Assembly: GCA_965263355.1 (NCBI GenBank)
Contig: CBDHHL010000005.1
Location: 1 to 12,401 of the forward strand
Length of the DNA stretch: 12,401 nt
DNA from: Leptolyngbyaceae cyanobacterium
GTDB lineage: Bacteria; Cyanobacteriota; Cyanobacteriia; Phormidesmidales; Phormidesmidaceae
Reading direction: 5' to 3'
In this document: positions 1 through 6,696 of the stretch, in pieces
Numbering within the stretch: the stretch's first letter is position 1
Layout: every line of letters starts with the position of its first letter
Position numbers and translations under genes: made by a program
The notes under the pieces: generated by a model
Database searches by the model: none
What the model was told of the DNA's origin: nothing
The model's input: the letters and a program-made list of their open reading frames with translations, nothing else

Positions 1-471
1 GTCATGCAATCAGGCATGGGCCGCCCTAACAATATTTATCAGCTCAGTTCCAAAGGCCGTGCTCAGTTTCCATCTCAGTACGATCAATTTGCCGTATCGT
101 TGCTAGACACCCTTACAGAGACCGTTGGAGCCGAGCAGGTAGGCGCTATTTTACGGCAGCAATGGCAGCGTAAAGCCCAGCATTACCATGAAACCTTAGG
201 TGACGGTTCTTTGTTTGAGCGCGTGCAGCAACTGGTAGAGTTACGTCAGGCGGAAGGTTACATGACCGAGCTTCACAGCGCTGACGATGATGATACATAT
301 ATTATCACTGAGTACAACTGTGCCATTTCCCAGGTGGCAGAATCTTACCCAGTTGTTTGTGGCCATGAGCTAGCTATGTTTGCAGTTGCCCTGCCCGATT
401 GTCAGGTTGAGCGCACCCATTGGCTGGTACGTGGTGAAAGCCTTTGTGGTTACAAGATTCGCAAAAAATGA
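1..471 (+). CDS. sufR: Fe-S cluster biosynthesis transcriptional regulator SufR, 5'-truncated by the window edge
   Basis: The frame is open from base 1. It shows 'GMGRP..IYQLS..GR' (end of the winged HTH) and the C-X12-C-X13-C-X14-C spacing (EYNC...VVC...PDC...SLC) characteristic of cyanobacterial SufR. The N-terminal HTH lies upstream of the window. Confidence 0.92.
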   Translation, partial: VMQSGMGRPNNIYQLSSKGRAQFPSQYDQFAVSLLDTLTETVGAEQVGAILRQQWQRKAQHYHETLGDGSLFERVQQLVELRQAEGYMTELHSADDDDTYIITEYNCAISQVAESYPVVCGHELAMFAVALPDCQVERTHWLVRGESLCGYKIRKK

Positions 472-474
472 TTT

Positions 475-518
475 TATCCCGTGTAGGGGCGTTGCATGCA
501 ACGCCCCTACACGGGATA
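475..518. repeat. Perfect 44-bp palindrome, GTAG-type REP-like element
   Basis: TATCCCGTGTAGGGGCGTTGCA|TGCAACGCCCCTACACGGGATA, centred at 496/497 and starting 3 bp after the sufR stop. It has a GTAGGGGCG...CGCCCCTAC core. Confidence 0.9.
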
Positions 519-548
519 TGTAATGGTAGTCAAATGCATTAAATTACT

Positions 549-830
549 ATGTTTGATCAAACTCTCCAGTTTTTGACACCAGAAGAATCTGCTGAAGTTG
601 ATAAAGCGTTACTGACGACGCCAGAAAAATTTTTAACCCGCTTAACCCTGTCGACGGCAAAGCTACTGGCATTTATCGCTAAGGATTTAGGGACTTCCGT
701 AGATGAATTGACCACGGCACAGATCATTGCCTGGTTTGAAGCGGATTCTAAACGCAAACAGGAGCAAGGCATCAATGCCTCTGTTCTAAAGTGGGATGCC
801 AGAAACCTAGAGGACTTAACCTCAAGTTAG
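549..830 (+). CDS. Small hypothetical protein (93 aa), probably a conserved cyanobacterial protein
   Basis: Clean ATG-TAG ORF co-oriented with sufR, with a helical globular composition (FLTPEESAEVDKALL...KFLTRLT). No family recognised. Confidence 0.75.
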   Translation: MFDQTLQFLTPEESAEVDKALLTTPEKFLTRLTLSTAKLLAFIAKDLGTSVDELTTAQIIAWFEADSKRKQEQGINASVLKWDARNLEDLTSS

Positions 831-905
831 GATGGTGTTAAGCTAAAAAACTTGGGTAATATCAAAATCCGAATTATTAAACCCGATTCAAAATGGACAA
901 TTCTC

Positions 906-931
906 TAGGGGTATTCCCTTGTGGATGCCCT
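906..931. repeat. Degenerate REP-like hairpin
   Basis: TAGGGGTATTCCCTTGTGGATGCCCT. Stem 909-916/923-930 has two G-T pairs and shares GGATGCCC with the hairpin at 4932-4951. Confidence 0.5.
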
Positions 932-1018
932 GCGATACCGGACGCTATCAGTCAAGATTTCGTATAAAACGATAGGTGGTGAGTCCTGAATAACGAAGAA
1001 ACAAATCTTTTTATGGGA

Positions 1019-1040
1019 ACTGTCCTTAAATAAGGACAGT
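1019..1040. promoter_or_regulatory. 10-bp inverted repeat with 2-nt spacer (operator-like)
   Basis: ACTGTCCTTA-AA-TAAGGACAGT, about 75 bp upstream of the 1114 ATG. The function is inferred. Confidence 0.4.
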
Positions 1041-1048
1041 CTTTATTG

Positions 1049-1090
1049 TAAGACAGATAACATGAATTTTAAGTTGTCTGTCTTATTTTA
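1049..1090 (+). terminator. 13-bp stem-loop followed by T5 (terminator/attenuator-like)
   Basis: TAAGACAGATAAC (1049-1061) pairs with GTTGTCTGTCTTA (1073-1085) with one G-U pair and an 11-nt loop, followed by TTTTT at 1086-1090. Confidence 0.4.
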
Positions 1091-1113
1091 AGGATTATGG
1101 AGTTTGAGTAAAT

Positions 1114-1497
1114 ATGATGCTATTTGGTCGAAGTCAGCGGTCTGCCGATCACCTTTATCTGGAGGCTCGTACGCTTTTGAGTAAAGTTGTTAGCCTGGGC
1201 ATTTATGATAGCGAAGATATGCTGGGTTCAGTGGCAAAACTTTTGCAAAAGGCCAGACAGCAGAACCCTCGTCATGTTCCCTCGCTGGTATTGTTGAGCG
1301 ATGTTTTTATGGCCATGGGTGCTGATAAAAAAGCGCTGGATATTGTTGAATCACTGATTGCTTTGGAGCCCCACAATCAGACTCACGTTAGAAAAAAAAT
1401 TCTTCTGATGCAGCTTCAGGCACAGCACAACGATGAAAATCGTGAAGCAGTCCGTGCATTTGTGGAAGCGCGATGGACCCAAACGAGTGATTGGTAA
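1114..1497 (+). CDS. Small TPR-like helical-repeat protein
   Basis: TPR-like pattern 'LLQKARQQNPRHVPSLVLLSDVFMAMGADKKALDIVESLIALEPHN'. A GGAG lies about 10 nt upstream of the start. Confidence 0.7.
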   Translation: MMLFGRSQRSADHLYLEARTLLSKVVSLGIYDSEDMLGSVAKLLQKARQQNPRHVPSLVLLSDVFMAMGADKKALDIVESLIALEPHNQTHVRKKILLMQLQAQHNDENREAVRAFVEARWTQTSDW

Positions 1498-1526
1498 TCA
1501 TCATTGCTGCTGCTATGGGGGCCTTG

Positions 1527-2618
1527 CTATTCATGGATGTTGCCGTTGGGCATAATTGTTCCCGTTAGTCTGGCAGCTGTTAGTTTAACCATAATCTTAT
1601 CGCCATAGCCGATGATGGCCCCACTGAGGTCTGCGCCACTAAGATCTGCCCCACTGAGGTCTGCGCCAATTAGATTGGCTTCCCTGAGATTGGCGTGGCT
1701 GAGGTTAGCCTGGAGCAAGTTTGCTCGGAAAAGTTTTGCCTTGTGTAAATTTGCCTGGTTGAGGTTGATCTTGTGCAAGAACGCATCGCTTAGGTCTGCC
1801 TCCTCCAGATTCGCTTTGCTTAAATTTCTACCTGAGAAGTCCTTTTCCTTTAGATTGGCACCCTTGAAATCAGCGCCTTCTAAATCGGTATCTGGTTTTC
1901 TGCGGGCAGGTGAACTCTGCGGCGGTGAATAGGAGGCAGTAGGCTGAGGTGCTTGGTAGATATAGTCTGCGTAATCATTGGCACGGCGGTAGACGGGACT
2001 ATAGGATGCATGTCCGTTGACTGAGTTATTTTTAGGCGCAGACCCACTCGTTTTTCCAGTGGGACCATGCCCATTGGATGAGCCAGTATTGGCAGCTGCT
2101 GGTTTAGGCGGTGTAGACCCATTATTTACGGCGGAACCGTTCGTGCTAGAACCAGCTCGGTAACTGCTGTTTGCTGATCTATAGTCACTTGTAGCTCGGT
2201 TGCTAGTTTGGGCATATGGTCCGTCGTTTCTTGTCCCATTACTAGCTGAACCATTGCTACCGTAACCAGCAGCTGTGGCACCGTTGGTCGAACCGTTGGT
2301 TGTGGAACTATAGGGATTAGTGTATCGATTTCGACTGTAGGAACGATAGCGGTGGCTACCGTAGCGTTCAGGGTTGTACTTATTTTTTGATTTGGGAACG
2401 GCTGGTTTACCGTTACGCAAATGCTGCTTTAGACAACTGCGGGCTTCATTAAGGCGTTTCAGTTTGTCTTGAGCCTTATCGCGTAGCCGTGTGTTATCGG
2501 CTGGAATCCGATCAGGATGCCAGATAAATACAAGGTCTTTATAAGCCTGGTTTACGTCTGAGAGTGAAGCACCGGGCTCTAACTCCAGTACGGTATAAGC
2601 TTTCGCGATATCGTCCAT
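1527..2618 (-). CDS. DnaJ-domain / pentapeptide-repeat protein
   Basis: N-terminal J domain (AYTVLEL...AYKDLVFIWHPDR...KLKRLNEA, HPD intact), an approximately 180-aa S/N/G/Y-rich low-complexity linker and C-terminal A(D/N)Lxx pentapeptide repeats. The ATG at 2618 (MDDIAKAY) is preferred over the TTG at 2666. Confidence 0.9.
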   Translation of the reverse strand: MDDIAKAYTVLELEPGASLSDVNQAYKDLVFIWHPDRIPADNTRLRDKAQDKLKRLNEARSCLKQHLRNGKPAVPKSKNKYNPERYGSHRYRSYSRNRYTNPYSSTTNGSTNGATAAGYGSNGSASNGTRNDGPYAQTSNRATSDYRSANSSYRAGSSTNGSAVNNGSTPPKPAAANTGSSNGHGPTGKTSGSAPKNNSVNGHASYSPVYRRANDYADYIYQAPQPTASYSPPQSSPARRKPDTDLEGADFKGANLKEKDFSGRNLSKANLEEADLSDAFLHKINLNQANLHKAKLFRANLLQANLSHANLREANLIGADLSGADLSGADLSGAIIGYGDKIMVKLTAARLTGTIMPNGNIHE

Positions 2619-2682
2619 AGGTAGAGTTATAACAGCGGTGACGGAAGGACTAGTAGAGCCAAACAAAATTTAGGCTTGGTCA

Positions 2683-2806
2683 AAATATGCTGCCGTACAA
2701 TCGCCAGTCTAAATATGCTGAAACTAAACCACGCCCAAGTTGAAACCTGTAGGCTCTTCTACGGAAAACCGACAGTTCTGAATATGGACAAGGTTTAAAT
2801 ATGCTG
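2683..2806. repeat. Three exact AAATATGCTG direct repeats upstream of the DnaJ-pentapeptide gene
   Basis: Copies at 2683-2692, 2711-2720 and 2797-2806, plus a partial AATATG at 2781-2786. Confidence 0.75.
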
Positions 2807-3094
2807 GAAAATGATAGGCCTAGCAAGCGGTTCACTAATAAATGAGCGTTTTTTAATGGGGATATCTTAATGTCAAAACCTTATCTAAAAACTGAATCCA
2901 TAACTTTAAACCTTTCTTACGTCCAGACCATAAGCCTTGCCGCAGACGCAACTTTAAGCTTAAACCTTGGACGTGGGTTAGAAGTTTAATGTACGCCGAT
3001 TATGCCGGGTGTTTCTATGGTTGACACTAGAACCTCCAATTCCTTTAAGGCTCTATTTCAATTTCTTACTAAAAAAGACCATTTAGTAACAAAA

Positions 3095-4864
3095 CTATTC
3101 CTCGGCTAGATTAAGTTCGTAAATATTCCATAACGCTCCCAGGGGAGAATACTTGACATTCTGAACTTTGTTACGGATGGCAGCCATGGAATACTGGTTG
3201 ATCAGATATATAAAGGGCAGTTGCTCTTGGACGATGCGTTGGGCTTCGACGTAGATTTCACGCCGTTTAGCTTCATCTAGCTCCTGCGCTCCTTTGATAT
3301 AAAGCTGGCCGATGTCCGCTTCCCAGTCAGCGACTTCACGTCCTTCGATGGGATCCTGACCTGGCAGTGGTTTTTGATTAAAGGCATGGAGGCCTCCGTC
3401 TGGATTCCAGACATTGGACCCGTTGTGGGGCTCTAGGCCACCGCCAAAGCTAATTAAGTGGCATTCCCAATCCAGGCTATCTCCCAGCTTCTCTACCAGG
3501 GAGCCCCAGCTAATGGGGGTAAAGTCAACGGTAATTCCGATTTTCGTTAGATCCTGTTTAATTTGAGCGCCGATAGCTTCCCGTACTTTATTACCAGCAT
3601 TGGTAATTAGGGTAAACCGTACCTGGTTCCCTTCAGCATCAAGTAGTTGACCCGCATTATCGTATTGAAAGCCGGCGGACAGCAATAAGTCTTTGGCAGT
3701 CTCTAGATTATAGTCATAGGCCTGGATGCCATCTTCTTCAGGGCTGGCGGAATAGGGACTGAGGGGAAAGATGGATGAGTTTTGTAAGACACCCAGACCT
3801 TGATAGATGTTATTGAGCATCGTAGGGCGATCAATGGCGTGGGCAATGGCCTGGCGAAATTCTAGGCTATTAAACCAGCGAGATTTGATGGGATCCACCA
3901 GGGGTTTGCCATCGCGGGAGCCCTTGTTGAGGTTGAAGGATATAAATAGGCTGCTAGGGGCTGGTCCACCGTTGTAAATGCTGAAATTACCTCGTTCTTC
4001 TTCGCGCTTGAGCAAAGAAAAATTGTCGGGTTTGACGCTGGTTAAATCTAAACCGCCGGAGCGAAATTGGACAAATTCACTATCTTGGGATTCGACGACC
4101 TGCCACACGACTTCTTGCAGATAGGGTTGAGGCTGGCCCTGACCATCGGTTCGCCAGTAATAGGGATTGCGCTCAAAGATGACGCGTTCACCTGGGGTAA
4201 AGGCTTTGAGGATGTAAGGTCCATTACAGATGATTTCCCTGGGAGGGGTGCTGGTGCTCCATGTGGATAGAAATAGGGGATTACCGTCAGAATCTGTTTG
4301 GGTCAGGGTGTCTGCCAGGGCATGCTTAGGCATGATGTTGACCCCAGTGTTACGGAGAAACGGGGCAAAGGGTTCTGGGACTTCAAATTTGACCTGACGT
4401 TGGTTGAGTTTGGTTATTTTGGGCAGATTGCCTGCTTCTCCAATGCGAAGAATGTCACGGATTTGGGTAGGAATTTCCTCATTTAGATAAATATCGTTGT
4501 AAGTAAAAACGACATCGTCGGCGGTGAGGGGTTCGCCGTCGGACCATTTAAGATTTTCTCGGAGGGTATAGGTTAAGGTTAGGCCGTCGTCGGAAAATTC
4601 CCAGGATTCGGCTAGTTCTGGTTCGATTTCGCCAGTTTCGTAGTTCTCAGAAATAAGTCCTTTATAGGTGAGACCGAAGATATTGGGACGCTCGCTGCTT
4701 AAGGCGTAGTTAAAGGTTTTTGGATCGCTCAGGATGCTATAGACCAATCGCGATGATTCGGCATCGCTAGTTTTGAAATTGTCTAGGGAGCAACTGGCTA
4801 CGGCAACCACCATCACCAAGCTCATTAGCCAATAGGACCACCTGCGAAACATACGAAAGCCCAT
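3095..4864 (-). CDS. ABC transporter substrate-binding lipoprotein, family 5 (peptide/nickel, OppA/DppA-like)
   Basis: Lipoprotein signal ending 'VVAVASC' and family-5 signatures 'PELAESWEFSDDGLTLTYTLRENLKWSDGEPLTADDVVFTY', 'NGPY', 'FRQAIAHAIDR'. The start is ATG 4864 or 4852; the ORF track extends to GTG 4885. Confidence 0.93.
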   Translation of the reverse strand: MGFRMFRRWSYWLMSLVMVVAVASCSLDNFKTSDAESSRLVYSILSDPKTFNYALSSERPNIFGLTYKGLISENYETGEIEPELAESWEFSDDGLTLTYTLRENLKWSDGEPLTADDVVFTYNDIYLNEEIPTQIRDILRIGEAGNLPKITKLNQRQVKFEVPEPFAPFLRNTGVNIMPKHALADTLTQTDSDGNPLFLSTWSTSTPPREIICNGPYILKAFTPGERVIFERNPYYWRTDGQGQPQPYLQEVVWQVVESQDSEFVQFRSGGLDLTSVKPDNFSLLKREEERGNFSIYNGGPAPSSLFISFNLNKGSRDGKPLVDPIKSRWFNSLEFRQAIAHAIDRPTMLNNIYQGLGVLQNSSIFPLSPYSASPEEDGIQAYDYNLETAKDLLLSAGFQYDNAGQLLDAEGNQVRFTLITNAGNKVREAIGAQIKQDLTKIGITVDFTPISWGSLVEKLGDSLDWECHLISFGGGLEPHNGSNVWNPDGGLHAFNQKPLPGQDPIEGREVADWEADIGQLYIKGAQELDEAKRREIYVEAQRIVQEQLPFIYLINQYSMAAIRNKVQNVKYSPLGALWNIYELNLAEE

Positions 4865-4931
4865 AGAACAAGAATAGCCAGACACAATTTCTAGCTATTC
4901 TAACGGTTTGGTTGACGACTAAACGTACTCA

Positions 4932-4951
4932 GGGCATCCCTATGGATGCCC
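4932..4951. repeat. Short REP-like hairpin
   Basis: GGGCATCC-CTAT-GGATGCCC, a perfect 8-bp stem between the DUF2330 gene and the SBP gene. Confidence 0.6.
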
Positions 4952-5003
4952 ATTGCTCGGTGGGTTGTGCTCAGCCTACGAGCGATTCATGGTCGTAAAG
5001 GAT

Positions 5004-6488
5004 TTAGCTTTTGGGATAGCGAATTAGCCAGGGGGATGGTTTGGGTTGTGGAACTTCATCACTAATCCGTTGACGAATGGTTTGAATGTCACGACCGGTT
5101 AGTCGGGCTAAATTTTGAGACTCACGCTCAAAGCGGACCATTAACTTACGTAAGTACTCACGGCCTTGGTCTTGGGAATCCCTCACGATCTCGCGATAGT
5201 CCTGACCGGTCCAGTCTTCGAGTTGACGACGGGCCTCAGCGCTGGGGTATTGTTCCCGCAGACGGGCTGGACAATCCAGGCTGCCGGTAAAGGCGTGGCG
5301 CGTAACATAACGCCCTTGGAAGAACTGACGATTGGACGTGGTCTGGAACATCAGATCTTCAGGGAATTTATCGCGACTGTAGCGCACATGGAGGCGTGAG
5401 ATAAAAATGGCGTTGGGCTGGGGTGGAATGGGTCTGGGGGGAATGACGCCTGGAGGAATAGGTCGGCGTTGTTGGGATGGTTGGTCCAGCCAATCAACAC
5501 CAGCGGACTTTAGCTCATCTGGGCTCAAGACGGGGGCTGAACAAGGATCGCAGCTGCGCATATCCCAGGCATATTCTAGAAAGGCGACATGCTTATTTTC
5601 TTGCTCATAACGCCGCTGAAACATTTCGGGATAGACTTCGCCAAAGTCATCCTGGACAAACAAGGGTAGGTCAATATCTGTGGGAATATTCACCGTGCGA
5701 TAGTTGGTCAGTTCAATGCGTCCTTCGGGTGATAGTAAGTAAACAATCAGGTCCTGGTCACCATCGGCATTAAGCATGCCGAGGCGAATCGGCAACATAA
5801 ATTTGGGTGAGTCGTAGGTAATTTGCAGCGGCCTCAGCGATTGGTAGCCGCTGCTATCGAATTCTTCTAAATTGACCTTGGCAACAAAGAATTTCATGCC
5901 CTGACGAATGTAAGGCGCTAGTACCTGACTGGCACCGTCGGGCAGTTGATATTGGTTTTGTCTAAGCCAGGTTTCTAACCCGTCTGACTCCCGAGCGCTG
6001 AGAATAAGAATGTCGTACTCTCCAACAGAAAATTGTTCCTCAATGGTGACCCCAAGAGATTCGGAGGATGCGGGGGCAGGAGAAGCTTGGGCGCGATTAC
6101 GGGCAAAGCTTAAGTCTTCTGCTGCTTCCAACCGATACATAACTTGGCAGGGATCACTGTCAAAATATTCCACCAGTCGCGGTGCGCTAAAGGCATCGAG
6201 ACGGTCGAGAATAATTTTCTCGGCGACGTCTACCTGGTCTTCGGTAATGATAGTGGGGACGGGGACGACGAGGGCAAAGTCGCTGACCTCTCCCTGGTAG
6301 TCGTTACCCATGGTGAGTACGGTGTGGTTGCCGTCACGGGCAATGGCGACTTGGGAGGCTTTGTTATAGAGATTGGTGTCAGCCTTGGCGACGTAAAAGC
6401 CGCAAAAGGCGTGGGCGGGTTGGGGATGGATGATAAAGGTGGTAATGGCGATGATGACTAGCATTGCCATGCGTAACAAGTTAAACAT
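5004..6488 (-). CDS. DUF2330-family secreted protein with a CxxC motif
   Basis: Sec signal ending AHA followed by 'FCGFYVAKAD..LYN.ASQV.IARDG', 'FALVVPVP', 'SAPRLVEY.D..PC', 'LRPLQI.Y.SPKFMLPIRLG' and 'EYAWDM..CDPC', recognised as DUF2330. Five Cys in total. Confidence 0.85.
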   Translation of the reverse strand: MFNLLRMAMLVIIAITTFIIHPQPAHAFCGFYVAKADTNLYNKASQVAIARDGNHTVLTMGNDYQGEVSDFALVVPVPTIITEDQVDVAEKIILDRLDAFSAPRLVEYFDSDPCQVMYRLEAAEDLSFARNRAQASPAPASSESLGVTIEEQFSVGEYDILILSARESDGLETWLRQNQYQLPDGASQVLAPYIRQGMKFFVAKVNLEEFDSSGYQSLRPLQITYDSPKFMLPIRLGMLNADGDQDLIVYLLSPEGRIELTNYRTVNIPTDIDLPLFVQDDFGEVYPEMFQRRYEQENKHVAFLEYAWDMRSCDPCSAPVLSPDELKSAGVDWLDQPSQQRRPIPPGVIPPRPIPPQPNAIFISRLHVRYSRDKFPEDLMFQTTSNRQFFQGRYVTRHAFTGSLDCPARLREQYPSAEARRQLEDWTGQDYREIVRDSQDQGREYLRKLMVRFERESQNLARLTGRDIQTIRQRISDEVPQPKPSPWLIRYPKS

Positions 6489-6549
6489 ACAGGGGTCCTA
6501 ACTGAAAAACAAAAGAAGAGAGAGTGTAATGTAGCGCGAAGCCAACATT

Positions 6550-6643
6550 CTCCCCTCCTGGGAGGGGCTCCGGGGTGGGTTGACCGTTGGTGCCAGTGGT
6601 CGAAACCCACCCCGCCTGACCGGCATCCCTCCCGAGAGGGGAG
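6550..6643. repeat. About 94-bp composite palindromic element (REP-doublet/SDR-like), intergenic
   Basis: Terminal units CTCCCCTCCTGGGAGGGG (6550-6567) and CCCTCCCGAGAGGGGAG (6627-6643) are near-inverted copies. The inner stem is CGGGGTGGGTT (6571-6581)/AACCCACCCCG (6604-6614). Confidence 0.85.
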
Positions 6644-6696
6644 TGAACTTAAATTGGTAGATTTTAGTTAAAAGAATTCTTGTGAGACATTTTGGG

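Noticed and set aside
1019..1497. Retron-like or toxin-antitoxin interpretation of the hairpins plus small gene
   Set aside because: No reverse transcriptase or recognisable toxin/antitoxin domain is in the window.
1612..1932. Plus-strand ORF with APLRS repeats and 15-bp tandem DNA repeats (about 1618-1668)
   Set aside because: Antisense shadow of the pentapeptide repeats (ADLSG). There are no spacers, so it is not a CRISPR array.
2683..2806. Mini-CRISPR interpretation of the AAATATGCTG repeats
   Set aside because: The repeat is only 10-14 bp, the spacing is irregular (28 and 86 bp), and no cas genes are in the window.
3066..3089. TTACTAAA/TTTAGTAA inverted repeat after the SBP stop
   Set aside because: An AT-rich 8-bp stem without a U-tract on the coding strand, too weak to call a terminator.
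4067..6461. Several plus-strand ORFs (4067, 4298, 5166, 5407, 5477, 6010, 6144)
   Set aside because: Antisense to well-supported genes, with no recognisable motifs.
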